From positions 1 through 29,773 of the forward strand of contig CANRAX010000001.1 in NCBI GenBank assembly GCA_947628635.1: a DNA stretch of 29,773 nucleotides. Reading direction: 5' to 3'. Position 1 is the stretch's first letter. Each line of letters starts with the position of its first letter. This DNA is from an uncultured Bacilli bacterium. GTDB taxonomy: Bacteria > Bacillota_I > Bacilli_A > RF39 > UBA660. The position numbers and the translations under genes were made by a program. This document shows positions 7,843 to 16,798 of this stretch, piece by piece. The notes under the pieces are model-generated. The model did not search any database and was not told the origin of the DNA. It saw nothing but the letters and a program-made list of their open reading frames with translations.

Positions 7843-8889
7843 TTATTTTTCCATTTTGTCTATATATTTGCTTAAGGTTAGTGGCATATATCTAGTATTT
7901 CTAATCGCATTTATTCCATAATGTTTTAATTTACTAAATGATAATTTGCCTTTTTCATATCTTGTTACTAAATCTATTTTCATAGCTTTTTGTATTCTTA
8001 TATTTTTATCTTTGTATTCATATGGAATATTTACTTCTCTAACTTTGAATTTATACATAATTGATGAGTATGGCTGGCCAACATATAAGTAAATAATATC
8101 ATTTATTTTAATGTCAGCTTTTTGTTTCCATATTAGCGTATTATTATTTTTTAAGGCCTTTTCGATATCAAAATATTTTGGACTTGCTGGTACTATCCAT
8201 TCATTAGTATTGTTTTTATTTAAAATCGTGTATGAATAACTTTCATCAATTAAATTCATTATATTTTCATCTGATACAGTATCATTTAATATAATAGAAA
8301 TCCAATTTTTCTTATTCATATGATATGCAGGATAAAATCCATCTAGTTTTAATAAATTTTCTATCTTTGTTGGTTCTAGTTTTATATCAATTATTTCTAC
8401 TTCCCCATTATCTTTTTTATCTAATTTACTTTTATCTATATTCATTATTATGCCATACCACTTTTTAGTATTTTTATTTCTAAAAGTAGCATATTTAGGA
8501 AATTTTTCCCATTCAAATTGTGGATTATCACCATATTTATCTTTAATTAAAGTTGTTATTCTATTTGATTGATCGTATATAAAAGCTTCTTCAATAAAAC
8601 AATTATTTTTAATATCTTTTAATAAATTTTCAAATTCTTCTTTAACTTCATTTGCAAAAGTACCTATATTTCTTTTTACACGAAAGCTTGTATATTCTTC
8701 GTCAAAAGATAAATCAATAACTTTGCCTTTAACTATACCATTTTTACTTATTTCAATATCAACTCTAAAATTATTATTCATAATATTTTGAGAATATTTA
8801 TATAAGGATTTATTTTTTTTAAAGCCATATGCCATTATTTTATTAAAATCAATCTTTGTTCTTCTAAATAATTCTTCTTCAATAGTCAT
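7843..8889 (-). CDS. MmcQ/YjbR-family DNA-binding protein fused to a C-terminal EVE/PUA-like domain
   Basis: Central KWYGIIM...IKLEP...GFYPAYHMNKKNWISIIL...LIDESY is YjbR-like. C-terminal WIVPASPKYFD...WKQ...IKINDIIYLYVGQPYSSI resembles EVE-like domains. Confidence 0.75.
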   Translation of the reverse strand: MTIEEELFRRTKIDFNKIMAYGFKKNKSLYKYSQNIMNNNFRVDIEISKNGIVKGKVIDLSFDEEYTSFRVKRNIGTFANEVKEEFENLLKDIKNNCFIEEAFIYDQSNRITTLIKDKYGDNPQFEWEKFPKYATFRNKNTKKWYGIIMNIDKSKLDKKDNGEVEIIDIKLEPTKIENLLKLDGFYPAYHMNKKNWISIILNDTVSDENIMNLIDESYSYTILNKNNTNEWIVPASPKYFDIEKALKNNNTLIWKQKADIKINDIIYLYVGQPYSSIMYKFKVREVNIPYEYKDKNIRIQKAMKIDLVTRYEKGKLSFSKLKHYGINAIRNTRYMPLTLSKYIDKMEK

Positions 8890-9003
8890 TTTTTTCTCCT
8901 ATAAATTTAGCTTTTACACTATTAACATCTTTTAATTCACTTATTTTAAGGTGCTTTTTGAAGTTTCATGTGAATTCAATTTACTTCAAAAATTTATGAT
9001 TAA

Positions 9004-9012
9004 ATTATATCA
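9004..9012 (-). promoter_or_regulatory. Extended -10 (TGATATAAT) for the MmcQ/YjbR gene
   Basis: Reverse complement of ATTATATCA at 9004-9012. Confidence 0.5.
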
Positions 9013-9067
9013 CGTTTAATACAATTAATAATCATGGATAAATAATTTATTAAATTTTTATAGTATT

Positions 9068-9100
9068 TTTAATGTTTCTTTAATATTAATTATTTAATAT
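9068..9100 (+). promoter_or_regulatory. Response-regulator box 1 with -10
   Basis: TTTAAT-GTTTC-TTTAAT (9068-9084), 10 bp, TAATAT (9095-9100). Confidence 0.55.
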
Positions 9101-9238
9101 GTATATGTAGTAATTTGTTATGAACTTTAGGCAATTTATAAATTTAGTTTAAAATAAAATTCTTATTTAAAAATCATGGGTAGTTTTAATTATGGTATAA
9201 TGGAAATGAAAATACACTTTAAAAGGAGGCGATATTTT

Positions 9239-9916
9239 TTGCGGATTTTAATAGTTGAAGATGAATATAGTCTTGCTGATGTAATAGCTACAAAATTAAA
9301 AGAAGAAAAATATGAAGTTGATATAAGTACAGATGGTGAAGATGGTCTTTTTAATGCCCTTAGCAATATTTATGATTTAATTATTCTAGATATTATGCTA
9401 CCTAAAAAGAATGGCCTTGAAATTTTAAATGAACTGAAAGAAAATAATATTTTAGCAAAAGTTATAATGCTTACAGCTAAAGCTGGATTAGATGATAAAT
9501 TAAAAAGCTTTGACACTGGAGCTGATGATTACTTAACCAAGCCTTTTCACATTGAAGAGTTAGTCGCAAGAGTTAATGTTCAATTAAGAAAAAAATTTAA
9601 AAATAAAATTAAAGATATTATTGAATATGGTGATTTAAGTTTAAATATTAGAACTTCTAGTTTAACTTGCATTAATACTAATGAGTCTATAAATGTTCCA
9701 TATAGAGAATTTATGTTATTAGAATATTTTATGAATAATAAAGAAACTATTATTTCAAGGGAACAAATTTATGATAAAGTTTGGGGATTAGATAATGACT
9801 TTGAATCAAACAATTTAGAAGCTTATTTATCTTTTCTGAGAAAAAAAATTAAAATAATTGGTTCAAAAGTAAATATAAAGGCTGTTCGTGGACTTGGTTA
9901 TAGAATGGAGATATAA
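9239..9916 (+). CDS. OmpR/PhoB-family response regulator (CiaR-like)
   Basis: Receiver motifs ILIVEDE, YDLIILDIMLP, TAK and GADDYLTKPF; winged helix with VRGLGY. Likely start is TTG 9239 after AAAGGAGG; extended -10 TGGTATAAT at 9193-9201. Confidence 0.93.
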   Translation: MRILIVEDEYSLADVIATKLKEEKYEVDISTDGEDGLFNALSNIYDLIILDIMLPKKNGLEILNELKENNILAKVIMLTAKAGLDDKLKSFDTGADDYLTKPFHIEELVARVNVQLRKKFKNKIKDIIEYGDLSLNIRTSSLTCINTNESINVPYREFMLLEYFMNNKETIISREQIYDKVWGLDNDFESNNLEAYLSFLRKKIKIIGSKVNIKAVRGLGYRMEI

Positions 9917-9917
9917 A

Positions 9918-11147
9918 ATGAAAGAATTAAGAAGGAAAACTTTTTTTACTATTTTTTTCATTATTTCTCTTTTTGGCATATGCTTTGCTATTTTATTTAA
10001 TGTTCAGGCTTATCAAAGAGAACATTTTGATATTTTAAATAATATAACTAGAGTGAAAAAAATTATTTTTAATGATGAGGATAAAAAACCTAGAGAAAAA
10101 AATGATGAAAAAGATCTTCAAAATAGGATGATAATGGATTATGAAGTATATACTTTTATATTAGATGTAGATAATAATATCATTTATAAAGTAAGTCATA
10201 GCGATAATGATGTAGATAATATTATTTTGAATAAAGCCCAAGAAATTTTAGATACTAAGCAAAAGAGTCAAATTCAAATAGGTAATTTATATTTTAGTAA
10301 TTATGCTTATAATTTTTCCAATGGTAAATTTTTAACAATAGTTAATATTTCTAATACCAAGACTAGATTATTAAAATTGCTACTGACTTCTTTGATGTTA
10401 CTTTTATTAGGTGAAATAGTTATCTATATAATTAGTAAAAAAATAACAAATTGGTTAACTCATCCGGTAGAAGAAAGTTTTAATAATCAAAAAGAGTTTG
10501 TTGCTAATGCTTCTCATGAATTAAAAACGCCATTAGCTGTTATGATTGCTAGTATCGATTGCTTAGAACCAAGTAAAAAGAATGAAAAATGGATAAATAA
10601 TTTGAAAAGTGAATCTGAAAAAATGAACAATTTAATAACTAGATTACTTGATTTATCAAAATCGGAAAATTATAATTTAAAAGAAGATTTTAGATTAACT
10701 GATATATCAAAAGTAATTGAGAAAATCGGTTTAACTTTTGAAAGTTTAGCTTTTGAAAAAAATGTAACTATAAAAACAAATATTGAAGAAAATATTATGT
10801 TTTTATGTAACAAAGAAAGTATAGATGAATTAGTTTCAATTTTAATTGATAATGCTATAAGTCATAGTGAAAAAAACAGTAGTATCATGATTAATTTATC
10901 TAAGGTTAAATCAGAAATAAAATTAGAAATTACAAACAAAGGTGAAGCTATTCCTGATGATGAGTGTGAAAAAATTTTTGAAAGATTTTATCGTAGTGAT
11001 AAAAGTCATAATCGAAAAAGTAATAGATATGGTTTAGGTCTTGCTATTGCTAAAAATATAGTTATTGGTCATAACGGTAGTATAACAGCCCACTCTAAGA
11101 ATGGTTATACAACCTTTAAAATAATCTTTAAAGTTAAGGAACATTAG
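9918..11147 (+). CDS. Sensor histidine kinase (CiaH-like, two TM, no evident HAMP)
   Basis: H-box FVANASHELKTPL, N-box ILIDNAISHS, F-box IFERFYR, G2 GLGLAIA. Likely start is ATG 9918. Confidence 0.93.
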   Translation: MKELRRKTFFTIFFIISLFGICFAILFNVQAYQREHFDILNNITRVKKIIFNDEDKKPREKNDEKDLQNRMIMDYEVYTFILDVDNNIIYKVSHSDNDVDNIILNKAQEILDTKQKSQIQIGNLYFSNYAYNFSNGKFLTIVNISNTKTRLLKLLLTSLMLLLLGEIVIYIISKKITNWLTHPVEESFNNQKEFVANASHELKTPLAVMIASIDCLEPSKKNEKWINNLKSESEKMNNLITRLLDLSKSENYNLKEDFRLTDISKVIEKIGLTFESLAFEKNVTIKTNIEENIMFLCNKESIDELVSILIDNAISHSEKNSSIMINLSKVKSEIKLEITNKGEAIPDDECEKIFERFYRSDKSHNRKSNRYGLGLAIAKNIVIGHNGSITAHSKNGYTTFKIIFKVKEH

Positions 11148-11155
11148 ATTTAAAA

Positions 11156-11188
11156 ATTAATATTTCTTTAATCTTGACATTTTATAAT
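11156..11188 (+). promoter_or_regulatory. Response-regulator box 2 with -10 (htrA promoter)
   Basis: ATTAAT-ATTTC-TTTAAT (11156-11172), 10 bp, TATAAT (11183-11188). Confidence 0.65.
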
Positions 11189-11211
11189 AAAAATATAAGG
11201 AAGGTGAATTT

Positions 11212-12615
11212 ATGTCTAAAAATATTAAAGATAATGAAGAGAGTATTAAAAGTAAGCAAAAAAAGGAAGAAAAAAACAGTGTAGGTGAAAAAAATAAGGA
11301 TTTAAACCTTAGCATTTCAAAAAGTAATGAAAGTGCTAAGACTGATTTTGAAAATTTAAATTCCGATGAGAAGATATTTGGAGAGAATATTTCAGAAAGA
11401 AAGGAAAGCGCTGATAAAGAAAAATCCAAACTGAAAAAAGGGAAAAACTTCTTTAATATAATTATTATTTTTATAGTATTTTTTGTTTTTCTAGTAGCGA
11501 TTGCTCTTGTTTGTTTTAAATTATTTGATGTAGTTAGTTCTTATATTGATAAAGAAGGGAAAGAAAAAGTTGAACTGAAGTATGCCGAAACAGATAAAAC
11601 TACTAATAATAAGAATAGTGAAGGTATATATATTACTGATGTTTCTGAAGTTGTAGAAAATGTAATGCCATCTATTGTAGCTATTACAAGTAAAACGCTT
11701 ATTTCATCTGGTATGTTTGGACCTAATTATTTTGGGCAAGAGCAATATGCCAAGGGAGCTGGTTCTGGTATAATTGTAAGTAAAAATGATACAGATATTT
11801 TAATATTAACTAATAATCATGTAATTGCTAATGCCTCTGAATTGTCTGTTCAGTTTATTAATGAAAAAAGTTATGACGCAAAGGTTGTTGGAACTTCTGA
11901 TAAAAAAGATATAGCAATTATTTCCGTGTCTTTAAAAGATATTGATACCAGCACTTTAGAAAAAATAAAGATAGCTACAATGGGAGATTCAAACAAATTA
12001 AAAGTTGGTAATGGCATTATTGCTATTGGAAATGCATTGGGTTATGGTCAATCTGTTACAACTGGTGTTGTTAGTGCTCTAAATAGAGAAGTTTCTATTG
12101 ATGATTATAATAATAAGATGATTCAAATAGATGCCGCTATTAATGGGGGTAATAGTGGTGGAGCTTTATTAAATGGCAATGGTGAAGTTGTTGGAATTAA
12201 TTCTGCTAAGTATTCATCTAGTGCTTATAGTTCATCTGCAAGTATTGAAGGAATGGGATTTGCTATACCTATCTCTGATGTTAGTGAGCTTATTACTTCA
12301 TTAATGAACGGGGAAGGAGATAATAGTGCAACAATTGGTATTGAAGGCTATATAGTCGATGAAAATAATGCTCTTAGTTATAATATGCCTTCAGGATTTT
12401 ACATATCAAAAATTGTTTCTGGTAGCGGAGCAGATAAATCCGATTTAGAAATAGGTAATATTATTACGAAAATTAATGATGAAAAAATTGATGATTTAAG
12501 TGATATTCAAGATGTTTTAGATGATTTAAAAAAAGGTGATAAAGTTAAATTAACAGTAAGTTATGTAAAAAGTAGAGAATATCAAGACAAAGAAGTTGAA
12601 GTTACTCTTTCATAA
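11212..12615 (+). CDS. htrA: HtrA/DegP-family serine protease with one TM anchor and one PDZ domain
   Basis: Catalytic motifs LTNNHV, KDIAII and DAAINGGNSGGAL; C-terminal PDZ (G..IGDII-like LEIGNIITKIN). Confidence 0.93.
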   Translation: MSKNIKDNEESIKSKQKKEEKNSVGEKNKDLNLSISKSNESAKTDFENLNSDEKIFGENISERKESADKEKSKLKKGKNFFNIIIIFIVFFVFLVAIALVCFKLFDVVSSYIDKEGKEKVELKYAETDKTTNNKNSEGIYITDVSEVVENVMPSIVAITSKTLISSGMFGPNYFGQEQYAKGAGSGIIVSKNDTDILILTNNHVIANASELSVQFINEKSYDAKVVGTSDKKDIAIISVSLKDIDTSTLEKIKIATMGDSNKLKVGNGIIAIGNALGYGQSVTTGVVSALNREVSIDDYNNKMIQIDAAINGGNSGGALLNGNGEVVGINSAKYSSSAYSSSASIEGMGFAIPISDVSELITSLMNGEGDNSATIGIEGYIVDENNALSYNMPSGFYISKIVSGSGADKSDLEIGNIITKINDEKIDDLSDIQDVLDDLKKGDKVKLTVSYVKSREYQDKEVEVTLS

Positions 12616-12660
12616 AATATGGTTTTCATAGGTAAAAAAGAAATAATTTTGATTTCTTTT

Positions 12661-12699
12661 TTTAATGTTTTTTTAATATTTACTTAATATAATATTAAT
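12661..12699 (+). promoter_or_regulatory. Response-regulator box 3 with -10 (ABC permease promoter)
   Basis: TTTAAT-GTTTT-TTTAAT (12661-12677), 10 bp, TATAAT (12688-12693). Further 11-bp-period copies CTTAAT (12683) and ATTAAT (12694). Confidence 0.65.
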
Positions 12700-12720
12700 G
12701 TCAAAAGAGGAGGACAAAAG

Positions 12721-14169
12721 ATGTTTATATTAAAAAATGCATGGATTTCAATTAAAAGAAATAAGGGAAGAAATATTTTAATAGGAATTATTATTTTAAT
12801 TATTGCTTGTGCTTGTACGATAACACTGGCAATTAAAAATACAGCTGTTGATTTGATAGATTCCTATAAAAGTGCTTACGATAAGGAAGTAACTATTGGC
12901 TTTAACAGAGAGAATATGATGAAAGGCTTTGATCCATCTCAAGAAGAAGGAAGAGAAAGTGCAAGGGAGAAGTTTGATAATATTGCAAGTTATACCATTA
13001 GTGATGTTGAAAAATTTGCAGACAGTGATTATATCGAAAGTTATTATTATACCTATGGTGTCGGTTTAAATGGAAATAGCATAGAAAAAGCTGAAATTGA
13101 ATCAAATAATGATATGCCAAATGGATTTGGTCATGGAAGAGAAAATAATATGTCTTCTACTGATTTTACTTTAACAGGATATAGTTCACAAGATGCAATG
13201 AGTGAATTTATTAGTGGTGCTTATACAATGAGTGAAATAACTGATAACGCTTGGGATATTGCTTTTAATGGTAATTATATCTTTATTAATGAAGAACTTG
13301 CAAGTTATAATAATTTAAAATTAAATGATAAAGTAAAATTAGAAGATGAAGACGGAAATGTTTATGAGTTTGAAATTATTGGTATTTTTAAGGAAAATGA
13401 AGAAGATAATCAAGAGTCAATGTCTATGTTTTCTAATTCTGTAAATACAATAATAACTAATAGTGAGGCGGTTGTTAAGCTTACAGATGGAAATGAAAAT
13501 TTAAAAGCTTCTATTCATCCTACTTTTATTATAAATTCTTATGATAATGTGGAGAAACTTCAAGATGAATTTTATGAAAAAGGATTAGATGAAAATTTCA
13601 TATTACAAACAAATGAAGAGCTTGCTGAAAGTGGAGTTTCAAGCGTTAAAAACATTTCATCATTTTCAACATCTTTCTTAATTATTACACTTATTATTGG
13701 TGGAATTGTTCTATTTGTAATTAACATGATCAATATTCGTGAAAGAAAATACGAAATTGGTGTTTTGAGAACAATTGGTATTAGCAAATTAAAATTAACA
13801 ATGCAATTTGTAGCAGAACTTGTAATTGTTTCAGTTATTGCTCTTACATTGGGTGCAGGAATTGGAGCAGTAAGTTCTAAGGGGGTTAGTAATTCGTTAC
13901 TTGCAAATGAAATAAGTAGTAGTAATGAAAAAACTGAAGAAATAAATAAAAATTTTGGTGGAATAAATCATGATGGTGCTAGAGGCGGTATGCATGGTAA
14001 GGGTATGCCTGTTGTTCAAGCTTATGATTCTATTGATGCAGTAGTAGATATTAAAGTTTTAATAGAGTTACTTAGTATTGGACTTTCGCTAGTATTAGTA
14101 AGCTCAATTGCCTCAATGGTTAGTATTCAAAGATTTTCACCACTTACAATATTGAAAGAGAGGTCTTAG
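12721..14169 (+). CDS. MacB/FtsX-family ABC permease
   Basis: N-terminal TM, large extracellular domain, INIRERKYEIGVLRTIG motif and three C-terminal TM helices. RBS AGGAGG. Confidence 0.9.
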   Translation: MFILKNAWISIKRNKGRNILIGIIILIIACACTITLAIKNTAVDLIDSYKSAYDKEVTIGFNRENMMKGFDPSQEEGRESAREKFDNIASYTISDVEKFADSDYIESYYYTYGVGLNGNSIEKAEIESNNDMPNGFGHGRENNMSSTDFTLTGYSSQDAMSEFISGAYTMSEITDNAWDIAFNGNYIFINEELASYNNLKLNDKVKLEDEDGNVYEFEIIGIFKENEEDNQESMSMFSNSVNTIITNSEAVVKLTDGNENLKASIHPTFIINSYDNVEKLQDEFYEKGLDENFILQTNEELAESGVSSVKNISSFSTSFLIITLIIGGIVLFVINMINIRERKYEIGVLRTIGISKLKLTMQFVAELVIVSVIALTLGAGIGAVSSKGVSNSLLANEISSSNEKTEEINKNFGGINHDGARGGMHGKGMPVVQAYDSIDAVVDIKVLIELLSIGLSLVLVSSIASMVSIQRFSPLTILKERS

Positions 14170-14171
14170 AA

Positions 14172-14975
14172 ATGGCAAATAAGAATAACTATGTTTCAAA
14201 AGATAAACTTGGTAAGAATATTTCTAAAAAAGAGATTAAGGTTAAAACTAAAGAAGATAATGAATTAAAAGAAAAAAAAGAGATTAAGGAAAAAAATACT
14301 TCAGCAAAAAACGTTATTTTAAGTATTAAAAATGCTAGTTATCGATATAGTGATGCTGAAGAAGATGACTATGCTTTAAAAAATGTTAGCTTTGATTTTG
14401 AATGTGGAAAGTTATATGCTATAAGAGGCCGAAGCGGTACTGGTAAAACAACACTTTTATCACTTATAAGTGGACTTGAAAAGTGTACTGAAGGTGAAAT
14501 TATATTTGCTGGTAAAAGTTTAAAGGATATGAATTTAGATAAATATCGTAATAGTGATATAGGTATTGTCTTTCAAAGTTATAATTTGCTTCCTTTTATG
14601 ACAGCAAGTGAAAATATAATTCTTTCAATGGACGCAAATGGATTAAAAATAAAAAGCAAAAAAGAAAAAGCGATTGAACTTATGGAAAAAGTGGGATTAA
14701 AAGCAAGCTATGCTAATCGTAAAGTATTGAGATTGTCTGGTGGAGAACAGCAAAGAGTTGCTATTGCAAGAAGCCTATCTTATAATCCTAAAATGATAAT
14801 TGCGGATGAACCAACTGGAAATCTTGATAAACAAACGGAGAGTGAAATTTTAGAAATATTTAAAAAGTTAGCTCATGAAGAAAATAAATGTGTTATAATT
14901 GTAACTCATTCACAGAATGTTTGCGATACTGTTGATAAAATATATGACCTAAAAAAAGTCAAAGATGTTAACTAA
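14172..14975 (+). CDS. ABC ATP-binding protein, MacB/LolD type
   Basis: GRSGTGKTT, LSGGEQQRVAIAR, IIADEPTGNLD, VTH. About 45-aa K/E-rich N-terminal extension. Confidence 0.93.
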   Translation: MANKNNYVSKDKLGKNISKKEIKVKTKEDNELKEKKEIKEKNTSAKNVILSIKNASYRYSDAEEDDYALKNVSFDFECGKLYAIRGRSGTGKTTLLSLISGLEKCTEGEIIFAGKSLKDMNLDKYRNSDIGIVFQSYNLLPFMTASENIILSMDANGLKIKSKKEKAIELMEKVGLKASYANRKVLRLSGGEQQRVAIARSLSYNPKMIIADEPTGNLDKQTESEILEIFKKLAHEENKCVIIVTHSQNVCDTVDKIYDLKKVKDVN

Positions 14976-15128
14976 AAGTTTAGTAATATTTTAGTTTCTA
15001 AGTGTAAAGAAAAGTTTAATCTCTATTAGCTTTGATATATTATAATCATTTTCTATTTTTAAATAGTTAATGATTTTTATTTTTATCTAATAGCTAAAAT
15101 ATTAAATATAATAAATTGTGCTTTTACT

Positions 15129-15950
15129 TTATTTGTTATAATCTTCCAAAAAACTTTTATATTGTCCTTTTTTTCTAGAACCTAAAACACAATCTAAATT
15201 AATATTATCTAGAGCTTTAAAAATATTATAATCAATATTATTGTTAATTTTGCGTAAATTTTTAATAAGCTCTTTCATTTCTTTTCTTTTACTAGTGTTA
15301 ATTATAGAATTATTATCAGTAAAACGACAGGCACAATTAATAAAAGTTAATTCATTGAATTTACACCAAGATATTATAGAATCTTCTTTAACTAAATAAA
15401 GGGGTCTAATAAGTTCTAATCCAGCAAAATTTTCACTGTGTAATTTAGGCATCATTGTCTTAATTTCTGAACCATAAAACATGGAAAGTAAAGTTGTTTC
15501 AATGACATCATTAAAGTGATGGCCTAAAGCAATTTTATTACAACCTAGTTCTTTAGCCTTATTATATAAACATCCTCGACGCATTCTAGCACATAAGTAG
15601 CAATCACTTTTTGAATTAGCTTTTGTTACAATATCGAAAATATCGCTTTTAAAAATTTCAATTGGAACATTTAATATTTTGGCATTATTTAAAATAAACT
15701 CTTGATTACGTTTATTATATCCTGGATCCATTACTACATAATGGGCGGTAAATTTTACTTTGCTATGTCTTTGTAGTTCTTGAATACACTTAGCTAATAA
15801 AAAAGAATCTTTTCCACCACTTATGCAAACCATAATATTATCATTTTCTTGAATTAATTCATATTCACTAATAGCTTTTATAAATTTGCTCCAAATCTCT
15901 TTTCGATATTTTTTTATAATGCTTCTTTCTATTTCTTGAAATTTTTCCAT
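15129..15950 (-). CDS. ttcA: tRNA 2-thiocytidine biosynthesis protein TtcA
   Basis: PP-loop SGGKDS, CYLC (CxxC) ARMRRG, LGHH, IRPL and a second Cys cluster CAC. Confidence 0.85.
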   Translation of the reverse strand: MEKFQEIERSIIKKYRKEIWSKFIKAISEYELIQENDNIMVCISGGKDSFLLAKCIQELQRHSKVKFTAHYVVMDPGYNKRNQEFILNNAKILNVPIEIFKSDIFDIVTKANSKSDCYLCARMRRGCLYNKAKELGCNKIALGHHFNDVIETTLLSMFYGSEIKTMMPKLHSENFAGLELIRPLYLVKEDSIISWCKFNELTFINCACRFTDNNSIINTSKRKEMKELIKNLRKINNNIDYNIFKALDNINLDCVLGSRKKGQYKSFLEDYNK

Positions 15951-16151
15951 TTTGCTAAACTCCTTTATAATTAAAAAATTTATTAGACATTAATAAAATT
16001 AATAATGTTTTTCTTAATTATTATTTTATCATATAAAACTAATCTAGATGGTAGGAAAAGAGGAATTAAAATATGAATAAGAGCTTTTTAATATTTAATT
16101 ATTGAAAAAATTAGAAAAGCAGTTGGAAAATTTCTTGTATTAAATAGATAA

Positions 16152-16679
16152 TTAAATTTCTTTATTACTATTAAAATCTATTAAATAGTCTTGCCAAACA
16201 ACACAACGTTCAATTGCTACTAATCGAATAATTATCCAAATAAGAACGTCATAAAGTTGTTCTTTTTTTATATCCAACGATAAACAATATTTTTTTAAAG
16301 GATAAATATCAATCAAAAGATTGGAATTTTTATTGTCATTAAGAGTTTTATATAATATATTGCTTGCTATTATATTGCCTTTTTCTATAATGTTAGAAAA
16401 ATCGTTTTTTTTGCTTGTGTAATAATTAGTTATTTCATCTATTTGACTTATCATCTCTTTATATTTTTTTATGGTAATAATTTTTTTTAGCTTACTTAAA
16501 AGTTTATTAATTGTATTATTCATTACTTTATCTTTTTCTTTATTAGATAAATTTCTAAGTAAAAAGTTTAAATTTTCTGATTCAAGTTCTAAAATGTCAA
16601 GAACTTTTGTAAGTTCATTACTTGTTATTTTAATTATAGCTTCACTTATTTGATTAACTTTACTAGAAGTATCTTTCAT
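16152..16679 (-). CDS. Hypothetical all-helical protein (175 aa)
   Basis: ORF with an extended -10 TGTTATAAT at 16716-16724 (minus strand). No recognisable motif. Confidence 0.65.
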   Translation of the reverse strand: MKDTSSKVNQISEAIIKITSNELTKVLDILELESENLNFLLRNLSNKEKDKVMNNTINKLLSKLKKIITIKKYKEMISQIDEITNYYTSKKNDFSNIIEKGNIIASNILYKTLNDNKNSNLLIDIYPLKKYCLSLDIKKEQLYDVLIWIIIRLVAIERCVVWQDYLIDFNSNKEI

Positions 16680-16798
16680 TATGTATCATCCCATTTCTAT
16701 TTTAGAGTTATTTTTATTATAACACTTTTTAACCTATAAGTCAGAGTTTTGAGGTTATTTTAAATTTAAATGGGAAAATTATTAATGGTGAAGTTAAT

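Noticed and set aside
11174-11179. Perfect TTGACA upstream of htrA
   Set aside because: It is only 3 bp from the TATAAT, and no -10 lies 16-18 bp downstream, so it is not a working -35.
15023-15093. Nested imperfect hairpin between the ABC ATPase and ttcA as a possible ncRNA
   Set aside because: Almost pure A/T between convergent genes; a weak terminator or chance pairing is enough to explain it.
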